Positions 17,812-28,141 of a stretch of 64,000 nucleotides of DNA are shown one piece after another. The notes beneath the pieces were generated by a model, which worked only from the letters and a program-made list of their open reading frames with translations, was not told the DNA's origin and searched no databases. The number at the start of each line of letters is the position of its first letter. The stretch's first letter is position 1. The position numbers and the translations under genes are program-made. This DNA comes from Candidatus Komeilibacteria bacterium (lineage in GTDB: Bacteria; Patescibacteriota; Patescibacteriia; UBA1558), in NCBI GenBank assembly GCA_048538235.1, contig JBLYPX010000001.1, forward strand, positions 594,136 through 658,135, written 5' to 3'.

Positions 17812-20800
17812 TTAATCCTTGATAAAATTCATTTGCAGTATTACTACCTCTACCAATCCAAGCAGACTCATCTAACGTTGCTGGTGTATAACTATGAGCA
17901 AAATCCTCTATAAACTCACCGTTAACATAAAATGCTATTCTGTTAGATTCCCTTTTCATAATAATATGCTGCCAAGAAGTGGTCATATCATAAGTTGTTA
18001 AATGGGTTTGCCAAGTTGAGCCATCGCCTGTCCCGCCAGCTAATTTACCTGTATTACTCTGTATACCAAGATGTCCGTTACTTGATCCGAATTGTCCGAG
18101 ATAAACGAATCCCTGCCAATAATTATGAACAGGGTCTGTTGGCTTTACCCATAAAGCTATTGTAAAGTCATTACCGCCCAAACTTAATATACTATCTTGC
18201 CCAATATCTACGACATCGTCTGTTCTGTCAAAGCTTAAACACCCTCCCTGTTTACAAAGTGAAGTATCAGTCACCCAAGTAGGACCACCGCTAAACGTTC
18301 CATTATTACTGTTCCCAGAACTATCGCAAGCATCTTTTCCATCTGAGCATAAATTATCTGCACCCTCTCCCAATCTCCACCAACCAACTGGTTGACCACC
18401 ATTATAATTAAAAGACACCTCAGCCTGCGTTAAAGCTCTATTATATATTTTTACTTCATCTATGATCCCATCAAATTCATAATCAGTATCTGTTCTATAA
18501 AGCCCTATAACAATATCGCTCGTATCGCTATTACAATTTCCATCTGTTAAATTAGTACCACTTGTTGAATCTAACTTACCGTTAACATACAATTCATCAT
18601 CTGCTGATTCTTTATAAATACCAACCACATGATACCAATTGCCAGCAACCAAACTTGTTGTCCCGTCAAAATTACTACAACTATGGCTGCCAAAATTTAA
18701 TTTATTCTCTTGTAAATTCAAACCCCAACCATTATCTGAATACTTTCCCATAATCCCATGCCTATAACCAGATACTGAATTAGGTTTTATCCAAGCTTCT
18801 AATGTATAATCTCCAGCAAAATCAAAAACCGTATTAGCAGGAATAATTACCCAGTCATTTGTGGTGTCTATATTTAAACACCTACCTTCTTTACAATTAA
18901 CTGAAGTTTCCCATATTGGATCACTGCTAATTGAACTAGTATTATGCCCATTACCACTTCTATCTAAATATGACCCGCCAACAAATTTATCAAAATCCAT
19001 ATCTAAAATCGGGCCAGTACTAATAGTACTTCCTAATCCTCCCATCCACCAATTAGTAGTAGAGCCACTTGATGCTGTGCATTCAAAATTGGGGTTAGTA
19101 TAACCATAATACCCCCAGTTATCTTCGGAACTTACAGACCCTGCATCAGAGTCAAGCGAACCAGCACCGCAAGCTAAATTATTAACACTTGAATCTAAGT
19201 GAGTGTGTACACTACCAGAAGGATAACCCCACCACTTTGCCTGACAATTCTGACAACTATATCCACGCACATTTACATCCACCATAACCCTACAACTATT
19301 GGTGGTAGTAAAGGCCATAATATCTGTATCTGATTTATTAGATATGGCATAATCTGTGGTTGGGTCTTGATTCATTTCACAAGTTGACCTCCACTGAGTA
19401 GAAACACTATTAAGATTATCCATCCTAGATTTAGATAGTCTGTAGTTATCTATCTGTGTCGGATCATCACTATTTATTGGTACGTCACTCTGGTAAGAAA
19501 TAAAACTAGCTTTATTAGCCAATGAAAATGATTCAATTAAAGTCCATCCTCCACCATTAGTAGTCATGTCGCAAAACACTTTAAAAGAATCGCTTAAAGA
19601 GCCGCCCGTAGGGTCTATATAGTAATAGCCATCACCAGCCTTAGGATTCTTAGACAATATATCTGCACAAGAAGCACCTGGCGTTGTTTTATCACCTACA
19701 GAATTAGTTGTACCAAATTGCCCCGAAGACTTTGTATACTCTTCCATTAAATCATCATAGGTTAATGCATAATTAAACATTTTAACCTCGTCAATTTTAC
19801 CATTAAATGTATTTCCAGCTCCCCCTTGGTAACCGCCTACTCCAAAATTATACCCATTAGAAATACTACCAAGATTTGTAATATCCTCAGTATCTACAGC
19901 TACCATATCTTCATACAATGTCATGATGCCTGTATCTCTATCTAAAATAACAGCTACATGATGCCATTTGCCATCAATTAATGACTCGTCTCCATCATAA
20001 ACTTTAAAAGGAGAACCAGCTCCATCATTTACAAAAAAACCGAAACTACTTGAATACCCAGAATAAGAGGCGGTTAGCCAATAACCTACAGTATCACCAA
20101 TTGTTACATCATTGCTTTTATCTACCACCGTACCCCTAGCAGTTGTACCAACATCTATGCTAGCCCAAGCAGAAATTGTTAAACTACCAGAACCAAAATC
20201 TAAATCATTTCCAGAACTGGCTTCTGAAATTATAATAGTGTCATCATTATTAAAATCCAAACAGCTACCACTTATACAATGCTCTGATGGCATCCAAGAA
20301 GCTGCTATTATAGTTCCATTATTGCTTAAAAAAGAATCGTCATAAGCAATAGAACCAGCTGCACCATCTAGACTTAAAGACAATATAGGATATTGTTTTC
20401 CACCACCCGTTTCCATCGCAATCTCACGATCAGAAAGTACTCTGTTATATACCTTTATTTCATCTAGGTAACCATTAATTGTTGCGGTTGGTCCATTGTT
20501 TTGCCCTCCAATCATTACATTGGTTGAACCATTAGTGACTATGCCATTATATGCATCTGTTGTACTTTGATATTTACCGTTTACATAAAACTTAATTAAA
20601 TCTCCATCATAGGTGGCTGCTAAATGATACCACTGACCAGCCTGCAAACCAGCACCCGATGAATAATACGCCCTATAACCACTAAAACCCTCATTAAAAG
20701 CAAGGTGTATTTCATCGCTATCTCCAGTATACTGACCAAACCACCATTCCATTGTGCCACTATTATTCCATTTTGTAATCATTGCATTTGTGTCTAAATC

Positions 20801-23800
20801 GTTCATATATATCCAGCCCATCCAAGTGCCTCTGTCCGACACCAAATCATAATCTCCTAAAATCATATAATCACCCCCATCAAAAGAGTAACATTTACCA
20901 ACTTTACAATTAACAGCTGGCTTAGAAGTAGCTCCTGTTACTGTCGCATTATACTCATTGCCAGATCTATCATAGGTAGTAGTTCCAGAAACGTTATCGA
21001 AATCTAAATCTAAAACTGGATCTCCTTTATAGGCATTAACATCTACACTACCCTTCAACCTGTGTGCATCTAATCTAATTCTACCCTCACCGCCATCTCC
21101 ACCATAATGATTTGAACCGTCTGCACTAGCACCACCGGCTACAGACAAACTATTAGATTCAACATCTAATAGTGAAGCTCTTAATAATATCGCTCCACCT
21201 GAACCACCGCCAGCGCCCCACAGACCATCATCATTGGCATAAAAGAAAGCATCCTGACCATCAGCATTAATAGCTCCATCTATTTTAATACTATCTGCCT
21301 CAATATACACCATGCCACCACCAGAGCCACCATGTGGTTTACCGCCATTACAATGCCCGCCGCCGCCGCCTGAACCTGGATATATTTTATTTATTGGATT
21401 ATCTCCATACAATTCACCAGGAAGTGAAGGCTTAGATGCGTCATACACTTGAGCAGCCTGACCAGATGTTCTATAACTACCACCCGAACCGTTAACATAA
21501 GTTGTACCGCCACCATCTTTAGTTACTGGTACCGCACCGCTATAGAATCCCTGCACGCCACGGCCAGTATATCCTTCTCCGCACTCACCATCGCATGATG
21601 GATCAGAATATCCATCAGTACCGTTATTTCTACCACCCCTATAACCATCACCTTCTACATCTATGCTTCCTCCAGATTTAATTTCAACCTCACCTGTAGA
21701 TCTGAAAATAACAATTCCACCTTTATACCCATCCCATGTAGTAGCCGTAATAGATCCTCCACTCTCTACACTAACACTTGTATATTGGGGTATACGTATC
21801 ATTTGAGCAGACTCAGCTGCTGTATTATTAAATGTTCCTGAATAGTATGAATTAGTTATAGCTTTGTTTAATGTAATATCATTACTAGAAACTGAGCTAA
21901 TCTTTGCAAATTCATATTGTCCAGACAACCCATTAGCTGAATCCTGCGTTTGCCATATCATAACCTCATCACCAGCTACAAAACCAGCACTACTACCAAC
22001 AGTAATAACAGTTTGACCAGCTGCTTCATTGGCTGCTAATTGAGAATACGTATTTACAACTGTATTTGCACTAGTAACAGTCAGAGCTCCGTCTGACCCA
22101 TCTCCTCCATTTACAGAGCCGGTATAGCTAGTCTCTACACCCATAGAAAAACTTGCAGCATTTGTATTATATAATTGAAGAACTTCGTCTTTTGACAAAG
22201 CACGATCATAGATCATAACCTCATCTATTCTGCCATCAAAATGACGGAAAGGCGTTTCACTCGAACCATTGTCATAATCTATACCAATTCCAACTGGCAT
22301 GGTGCTAATATGTAAAGAGCTAGGAATACTAGTAGAATTTGTATTAGCTAAAACACCATCTATATATAATTTAATAAAACTACCAGCATCATAAACACCC
22401 ACTATATGATGCCAAGTACCAGCAGTTGCTGCGCCATCTGCCGAGGAAACAGTTGAATATGAACTACCATTACCAGAAACTAAAAAGTCTATTCGACCTG
22501 TTGCCCACCAGTTAGCAAATAATAACCATGAAAAATTAGTTACACCCCCATCGCCCCACTTTGAAACAATTGTTGATTTATCATTATATACATCAAAATA
22601 TGCCCAAGCAGATACGGTCATATCACCAGTAATATTTAAAGCTTGACCATTGTTTATAGCTACATAATCAGTAGTACCATTAAAATCTAAAGCCCTACTA
22701 CTCACACCATTTTGCGACCAAACAGCGCCAGAAACTGTACCGTTATTACTATAGCCGGTACTATCATAGGCAGTCGTTCCGAATCCCTCATTAAAATTCC
22801 AATAACCGACAGGGCCTGGTGTGTTTTCCTCCGTTGTAGGTGCTGCTGCTACCGGCTCTGTCGCTGCAGTTTTTGCTACAAAATACCAATCGGTTACAGG
22901 ATAAGTTGTAGCTGAATCTGAGTCACCATGCAAAAAAGCATACAAATCACCAGAAATAGCTTCAGTCCAAGTTCTGTTATATGTGTCTCCATTTAAATTT
23001 CCTGTACCCGTAGCACTAAAAAACTTAGAAGTAATCACGGTCCAAGTGCCAGATAAATATGTTGTTCCGTTAACGGTTGGCGTGCTTACTGGATTACCCA
23101 AATCATACTCGTACACCCTATTATTCTGACCAGATTCATTATCTCCTGAATGATGCACCCAAGCGTGATCAACATTACTATCAAAAAACTGATTTGTACT
23201 TGCAGTACTTTGAAAACCAACAAAATCATCTATATCTGAAGCACTTCCAACTTTATATGCCCTATGTACAATCTTTAAATTGGGTAAATTAAAGGTTCTG
23301 TTTGTAACAAAACTTAAATTATTATTAGTAAACTTAACAACTGATTCTCCGTCATAAGTTGTCATAGTATATGCTCCTGTAGTATTAACAACCACATTCC
23401 ATTTCCCAGCATCAAAACTATCAAAATCATCAAAAAACTCAAAAGTATTATCTCCACTCTGTTCATCACTAGCACTCGCATTACCATAATACATATAGAT
23501 AGTAGTACCAGTTGTTGGAATAGAAGGTATTTTAATCCAAGCATTTACTGAAGATATAGTACTATCTTCTATCCAGTATGGTAAAACTCTATGATTTATG
23601 TCTGTAAAGCGTAAATCTGCTAAATTTGCTTGTAATTTAGAAGGAGATAAAGAGCTTAAATCTACATTTTGTAGTATTTCTACTTGAAAGTCTGTAAGTT
23701 CTCCTCCTGAGCCATTTGTTACTGTTATTGATTGTCTGTAGGACCATGTATCGTTCCACCAAGTAGCTTCTGCTGTTTGGGGTTTGTTTATCAGATAAAC

Positions 23801-23890
23801 TATGCCAATTACAATGATCAGAGCTATAGTTAGAACACTAACAGGATAGTACCATTGAATTTCTTTTATTTTCCTTAAAATTTTATGCAT
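17726..23890 (-). CDS. DUF2341 + five LamG + glycine-rich + fibrinogen-C-like surface protein, 2054 aa
   Basis: Same scaffold as the two downstream genes, but the first insert (about 22125-21040) is Gly-rich (GGDGSDGALTV...GSGGGGG...GAGGGSGGAILL). One FCDMTTNGGGWTL module. Confidence 0.85.
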   Translation of the reverse strand: MHKILRKIKEIQWYYPVSVLTIALIIVIGIVYLINKPQTAEATWWNDTWSYRQSITVTNGSGGELTDFQVEILQNVDLSSLSPSKLQANLADLRFTDINHRVLPYWIEDSTISSVNAWIKIPSIPTTGTTIYMYYGNASASDEQSGDNTFEFFDDFDSFDAGKWNVVVNTTGAYTMTTYDGESVVKFTNNNLSFVTNRTFNLPNLKIVHRAYKVGSASDIDDFVGFQSTASTNQFFDSNVDHAWVHHSGDNESGQNNRVYEYDLGNPVSTPTVNGTTYLSGTWTVITSKFFSATGTGNLNGDTYNRTWTEAISGDLYAFLHGDSDSATTYPVTDWYFVAKTAATEPVAAAPTTEENTPGPVGYWNFNEGFGTTAYDSTGYSNNGTVSGAVWSQNGVSSRALDFNGTTDYVAINNGQALNITGDMTVSAWAYFDVYNDKSTIVSKWGDGGVTNFSWLLFANWWATGRIDFLVSGNGSSYSTVSSADGAATAGTWHHIVGVYDAGSFIKLYIDGVLANTNSTSIPSSLHISTMPVGIGIDYDNGSSETPFRHFDGRIDEVMIYDRALSKDEVLQLYNTNAASFSMGVETSYTGSVNGGDGSDGALTVTSANTVVNTYSQLAANEAAGQTVITVGSSAGFVAGDEVMIWQTQDSANGLSGQYEFAKISSVSSNDITLNKAITNSYYSGTFNNTAAESAQMIRIPQYTSVSVESGGSITATTWDGYKGGIVIFRSTGEVEIKSGGSIDVEGDGYRGGRNNGTDGYSDPSCDGECGEGYTGRGVQGFYSGAVPVTKDGGGTTYVNGSGGSYRTSGQAAQVYDASKPSLPGELYGDNPINKIYPGSGGGGGHCNGGKPHGGSGGGMVYIEADSIKIDGAINADGQDAFFYANDDGLWGAGGGSGGAILLRASLLDVESNSLSVAGGASADGSNHYGGDGGEGRIRLDAHRLKGSVDVNAYKGDPVLDLDFDNVSGTTTYDRSGNEYNATVTGATSKPAVNCKVGKCYSFDGGDYMILGDYDLVSDRGTWMGWIYMNDLDTNAMITKWNNSGTMEWWFGQYTGDSDEIHLAFNEGFSGYRAYYSSGAGLQAGQWYHLAATYDGDLIKFYVNGKYQSTTDAYNGIVTNGSTNVMIGGQNNGPTATINGYLDEIKVYNRVLSDREIAMETGGGKQYPILSLSLDGAAGSIAYDDSFLSNNGTIIAASWMPSEHCISGSCLDFNNDDTIIISEASSGNDLDFGSGSLTISAWASIDVGTTARGTVVDKSNDVTIGDTVGYWLTASYSGYSSSFGFFVNDGAGSPFKVYDGDESLIDGKWHHVAVILDRDTGIMTLYEDMVAVDTEDITNLGSISNGYNFGVGGYQGGAGNTFNGKIDEVKMFNYALTYDDLMEEYTKSSGQFGTTNSVGDKTTPGASCADILSKNPKAGDGYYYIDPTGGSLSDSFKVFCDMTTNGGGWTLIESFSLANKASFISYQSDVPINSDDPTQIDNYRLSKSRMDNLNSVSTQWRSTCEMNQDPTTDYAISNKSDTDIMAFTTTNSCRVMVDVNVRGYSCQNCQAKWWGYPSGSVHTHLDSSVNNLACGAGSLDSDAGSVSSEDNWGYYGYTNPNFECTASSGSTTNWWMGGLGSTISTGPILDMDFDKFVGGSYLDRSGNGHNTSSISSDPIWETSVNCKEGRCLNIDTTNDWVIIPANTVFDFAGDYTLEAWIKPNSVSGYRHGIMGKYSDNGWGLNLQENKLNFGSHSCSNFDGTTSLVAGNWYHVVGIYKESADDELYVNGKLDSTSGTNLTDGNCNSDTSDIVIGLYRTDTDYEFDGIIDEVKIYNRALTQAEVSFNYNGGQPVGWWRLGEGADNLCSDGKDACDSSGNSNNGTFSGGPTWVTDTSLCKQGGCLSFDRTDDVVDIGQDSILSLGGNDFTIALWVKPTDPVHNYWQGFVYLGQFGSSNGHLGIQSNTGKLAGGTGDGSTWQTHLTTYDMTTSWQHIIMKRESNRIAFYVNGEFIEDFAHSYTPATLDESAWIGRGSNTANEFYQGLMDDIRIYNYALTDKQVKEVYNQGLIHFK
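23484..23771. repeat. Third, partial copy of the DUF2341-coding repeat (~290 bp)
   Basis: Nearly identical to 17329-17616 and shares the copy-B alleles; one Ser/Gly codon differs. Confidence 0.88.
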
Positions 23891-23988
23891 TTATATAATA
23901 AAAAAGCCACGTCAAAAAAACCTTTAACATGGCCCTCTATTTTTAATTTTACGTTGTATATTATAACAGAAAAATATGATTTTGTGTA
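23891..23988 (-). promoter_or_regulatory. Extended -10 promoter plus conserved leader (copy 2)
   Basis: TG-T-TATAAT at 23968-23960; TACACA at 23988-23983. Leader CGTAAAA.TAAAA..GAGGGCCATGTTAAAG is shared with 5913-6011. Confidence 0.7.
23900..23933 (-). terminator. Intrinsic terminator-like hairpin inside the 5' leader (attenuator candidate)
   Basis: GCCAUGUUAAA-GGUUUU-UUUGACGUGGC followed by U6, ending 9 nt before the ATG at 23890. Confidence 0.65.
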
Positions 23989-23990
23989 AT

Positions 23991-24015
23991 AAAAAACTAT
24001 TCACAATGAATAGTT
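23991..24015 (-). terminator. Probable terminator of the giant-gene operon
   Basis: aactattca-caa-tgaatagtt, a perfect 9-bp stem (23995-24015) followed by a U run on the minus strand, 19 nt after the stop at 24035. Confidence 0.55.
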
Positions 24016-24034
24016 AAAATTTAGGTTTTTTTAT

Positions 24035-27000
24035 TTACCTTCCCTGGTTGTATAAACTGGTTACTTCGTCAGCAGACAAAGCTCTATTAAAAATCTTAGC
24101 ATTTGCAATGTCTCCTTCAAATAATGCCATACTGCCACTATATTGTCTTGCTCCAATCCATATGTTTAAAGATGATGCGTCGTCACTAAATGCCATTGTT
24201 TTATCATCATTCATATATACTCCATCTTTATAATATTTAATAGTAGTACCATCATAGGTAGCAACTAAATTATACCAAGTATTAGCCGACAGCGAATCAC
24301 TTATTAAAAAGGAATTAGCGCCCCCATTAACTCCGCTACCCAAAAAACCATACAATCCCCAAGCCGATGTACTGGCTGAAAAATGAAAATCTCCAACAGA
24401 TGAAGAAGACCATGTAGAATTTAGTCTACCAAAAATAATACCATCAAAACTTGAATCACCATTTATCCAAGCAGATAATGTAAATGTATCTTCAATATTA
24501 TCCTTACTAGTAACAATATAGTTACTACTACCATTGAAAGTTGAATAATTTTCACCAACCGTTGCTCCATACACAACACCATGATTAGCATATGGAGTTG
24601 TATCTGCTGTATTTACCTCTTGAATTTTCCAATCATCAATCCAAAATATTGCATCCCCTAAACTACCAGAATTGTATCTGATGCCGCCAAAAATATAATT
24701 ACTACCATTAGCAACAAATGAATAATTAACATGCTGCCATTCAGTTGTAGCATTAAGAACAGAAGACACCGCACTAGTACCATCCAGCCCGCCCGCTGTA
24801 TTAATTCTAAAACTTGTACTCTTGCTACTATCTATTTTTACCCACATAGACGCCCTATATGTCTTACCTTCTGTTAACGCTGCAAATGAATCTCTAATAC
24901 TAGGATAATTACTAGTACCGGCAGTTACAACAGATTTTAGACTATATGACCCATTTTTATACACCGTGTCATCTCTGGTCTGCACAGTTGAAGACCCACT
25001 ATAGTCAAATTTGCCCCAGCCCTCTGTACCTGCTTCAAAAGTATCGCTTTCAATTACTGCACCCAATTTTTCATCTTTACTCTTTAAACTCCAACTGCCT
25101 ACTAAACCCTTATACAAACTACCTGCTGTTATTTTAGGCTGGTACGATTCATACAATCCTTGAATCTCTGCTTTAGATAAAGCTCTGTCATAAATACGAA
25201 CATCTTGAATTGAGCCGTTCCAATTATATGTAGTACTTCCATCACCCGCACGTCTTGTGCCAATCATAAACGGCTCAGATGAGTTAGTAGCCGTAATTGG
25301 TGTAGTATCTGAACCAACTAATACGCCATCTAAATACAAATACGCTGTAGCGCCATCGTGCATAGCTAGCAAATGATGCCAGGAAGTAGTGTCTGTAATA
25401 GATGTGTCTGAGGTGATAGAGGTTCCCCAACTACTTCCATCACTTGACATGTATAAACCTGGCAGGTCTGTATTTTCTATTATTAGCGCAAAATTTTCAT
25501 AACCAGAAGTATTATCATAACGTTTAGCCATAATAGCTCCTCTATTACCAGTTCCCACAGCTCCACGCTTAATAAAAGCACTAACCGTAAACTCACTATT
25601 TAAATCTAAATTATTATCATCTGGTACCAAAATATAATCTTCGCTGCCATCAAAACTCATCGCTCCGTTTGATTGACCCTTTCTATCTGTTGTATATGAA
25701 ACTCCATAAATAGAACCATTATTACCCGCTGGCGTTGAATCACCAACCAAGACCTCTCTTACAAAACCATCATCGACATACACAGAACGAGGTATGCTGG
25801 TCCCTGGTTTATATGCATATATTAAGCCTGCTGATGCAGAAGTTGTATTAGCAGTAAATTGTCTTGTCCATTGATACCATCCATCTCCAAGCGAAGTAAT
25901 TTCTATAGAACTATAATCTGTACCACGTTCTGTAGAACCACCCGTTTTAAAACCGAAAATTGAAAACGCAGACGAAGAGCTGTAGTCAAAATCATTGTTA
26001 GCGTCAGCCTTAAATTTCATACTCATCACATATCTTTTACCAGCAGTTGTAGCAACATAGCTAGTCTCAATAACACCATGAGATGTATTATCCCAGTCAT
26101 ATTTAAGACCTCCTCCATTCCATCCATAACTTGCATCCCAAGTTCTAGTCATTTGAAATGATGACCAACTTGAACCGCTAGAATCCAAGTTTGGATTTAC
26201 TGTTAAATCTACCCCTACATTCTCACCTTCTTGATTTAACTCCCAGTGACCAACCAAGCCTTTCGACCTGGTGCTAACTTGTGTAACAGCTCTACCTTCG
26301 CGTCCCTTATCATATAAAGAATACACATCATCTTGTGATATTACTCTATTATATACACGTAAATCACTTATATACCCAGGAAAGTTATCTCCGTAAGCTA
26401 TATCTGAACCAATTGTCATTGTATCTGCTGAAATCCTAAATGTATCATTTGAAAATGTAGTCGAACTAAATGCCCCGCCATCTAAAGACAAATCTACACT
26501 AGTATTGGTAAATCTTGCTACCCAGAAATGCCAACCCGTGTCTGGAACTGCCATTGCCCTAGATTGCAAACTACTACTAGTATAATAATTATATGCTGTC
26601 ATAGTGCCCGTATCTATTCTAATAATATATCCCGTAGCACCCAAACTATTATCTACAATGTATTTAGCGCTGGCAGTTGTAATATCATTTGCTTTAGCCC
26701 AAAAAGCAAAAGATAAAACATCTTCGTCTGTACCATCAAAAGAAGTATCTATATAATCATTTGTGCCATCAAAATATCCTGCCTCACCAATTAAAGTCGC
26801 ACCAGTTACAGTACCGTGATTATTATTGCCAGAAATATCCTTACTACCATTATCTAATTTCCAATGACCAATTGGACTACCAACATCTTTTCCATTGTAC
26901 AAATCAGATATCTGATCAGCTGTCAAAATATAATTATATAATCTTACATCAGCTATATTACCACGAAAAGAGTTACTAGACACTAACCCGCCACCATTAC

Positions 27001-28141
27001 CAATAATAAAATTACCACTATCTAACGATTGAGTGCCAATACTTGAGTTTGTATTATACAAAACTCCATTTCTGTATGCTTTCTTATAATCTCCTTTCTT
27101 AATTTGTAAAACTACATGCTGATATTCAGTAGGAACTACTGACCACAATGACCAGGTATCATTAGCATGATAAAAATACCAAAAACCACTAGAATAATGT
27201 GAAAAAGAAAAACCTGTTAAACAATTATTGTCTGCATTTCCAACAGCAATCTCATGCCCAGAGGCTGATGCTTCTGGTTTTACCCAAAAACTAAGAGTCA
27301 TCTCACCAGCAGCATCTAATGAGATATTACCAGTGTCTATATATTCTCCATTAGCATCAAAAGAATAGCCATGATTACGAACATCTGCTCCGTGTATATC
27401 TCCGTTATTATTATTTGGTGAATTATCTGCTGCCCTATCATATCTGGTACCATTTACAAAGGGTGTAATATGATCTTTTAATTCAACCTGAAGACCAGTA
27501 TAATAAATTTTAAAACCCACCGCCGCATTATAAAAATAACTTCGGATATTGTGATCGCCAGTTGTTGTTGGTGTAAAAGTTCTTGATATTCTAGTCCATT
27601 CAGTTGTTACGCTCATAGTTGAGCTAGACTGATTCCCAGAAGCTCCTATTAAATATAGCATATTAGAAGATGAATCATTTGCATTAGCTTTTACATATAC
27701 CGATATGACATATGTCTGACCCGCTGTTAAAGTAAGTGTATTATTACCACCACCTGAAATTTGATACTGCCCACCTTCCATATGAGGACTAACTGTGTAG
27801 CTTAATAATTCTTCTGTAAAAGCTTTTACAACAGTCCCTTCTGGCCCCGTTACATTTTCAATTTTTAATCTAGTTGTAGAGCCCCAACCGCCATTTACTG
27901 CATCATAGTAATTACCAACTGTACCATCAGAATAATATGGATGAGGAGCTAGATTGACTGTAGCTTCTGCTCCACCACCAGAACCATCTAGCGGCCAGTA
28001 ACCAACTAATCCCTTATTTATATTGCCTGCAGTAAAAACTCCTCCCCCTGAAACAGCTGCACCAATCCCAACAATAAAACCGATAACTATTAGAGCTACT
28101 ATGATTGAAACTATTAAATTATCTCTTATTTTTTTAAACAT
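24035..28141 (-). CDS. Four-LamG surface protein with three nested CBM-like inserts, 1368 aa
   Basis: N-terminal TM helix. LamG starts GLVGYWPLD, PIGHWKLD, GLVGHWELN and GLVGSWSLK. Inserts resemble CBM4/9-type jelly rolls (GQTYVISVYVK...TEWTRISRTF; GKTYRASMWVK...TEWQHVNYSF...WIDD). ATG overlaps the upstream TAA (TAATG). Confidence 0.8.
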   Translation of the reverse strand: MFKKIRDNLIVSIIVALIVIGFIVGIGAAVSGGGVFTAGNINKGLVGYWPLDGSGGGAEATVNLAPHPYYSDGTVGNYYDAVNGGWGSTTRLKIENVTGPEGTVVKAFTEELLSYTVSPHMEGGQYQISGGGNNTLTLTAGQTYVISVYVKANANDSSSNMLYLIGASGNQSSSTMSVTTEWTRISRTFTPTTTGDHNIRSYFYNAAVGFKIYYTGLQVELKDHITPFVNGTRYDRAADNSPNNNNGDIHGADVRNHGYSFDANGEYIDTGNISLDAAGEMTLSFWVKPEASASGHEIAVGNADNNCLTGFSFSHYSSGFWYFYHANDTWSLWSVVPTEYQHVVLQIKKGDYKKAYRNGVLYNTNSSIGTQSLDSGNFIIGNGGGLVSSNSFRGNIADVRLYNYILTADQISDLYNGKDVGSPIGHWKLDNGSKDISGNNNHGTVTGATLIGEAGYFDGTNDYIDTSFDGTDEDVLSFAFWAKANDITTASAKYIVDNSLGATGYIIRIDTGTMTAYNYYTSSSLQSRAMAVPDTGWHFWVARFTNTSVDLSLDGGAFSSTTFSNDTFRISADTMTIGSDIAYGDNFPGYISDLRVYNRVISQDDVYSLYDKGREGRAVTQVSTRSKGLVGHWELNQEGENVGVDLTVNPNLDSSGSSWSSFQMTRTWDASYGWNGGGLKYDWDNTSHGVIETSYVATTAGKRYVMSMKFKADANNDFDYSSSSAFSIFGFKTGGSTERGTDYSSIEITSLGDGWYQWTRQFTANTTSASAGLIYAYKPGTSIPRSVYVDDGFVREVLVGDSTPAGNNGSIYGVSYTTDRKGQSNGAMSFDGSEDYILVPDDNNLDLNSEFTVSAFIKRGAVGTGNRGAIMAKRYDNTSGYENFALIIENTDLPGLYMSSDGSSWGTSITSDTSITDTTSWHHLLAMHDGATAYLYLDGVLVGSDTTPITATNSSEPFMIGTRRAGDGSTTYNWNGSIQDVRIYDRALSKAEIQGLYESYQPKITAGSLYKGLVGSWSLKSKDEKLGAVIESDTFEAGTEGWGKFDYSGSSTVQTRDDTVYKNGSYSLKSVVTAGTSNYPSIRDSFAALTEGKTYRASMWVKIDSSKSTSFRINTAGGLDGTSAVSSVLNATTEWQHVNYSFVANGSNYIFGGIRYNSGSLGDAIFWIDDWKIQEVNTADTTPYANHGVVYGATVGENYSTFNGSSNYIVTSKDNIEDTFTLSAWINGDSSFDGIIFGRLNSTWSSSSVGDFHFSASTSAWGLYGFLGSGVNGGANSFLISDSLSANTWYNLVATYDGTTIKYYKDGVYMNDDKTMAFSDDASSLNIWIGARQYSGSMALFEGDIANAKIFNRALSADEVTSLYNQGR

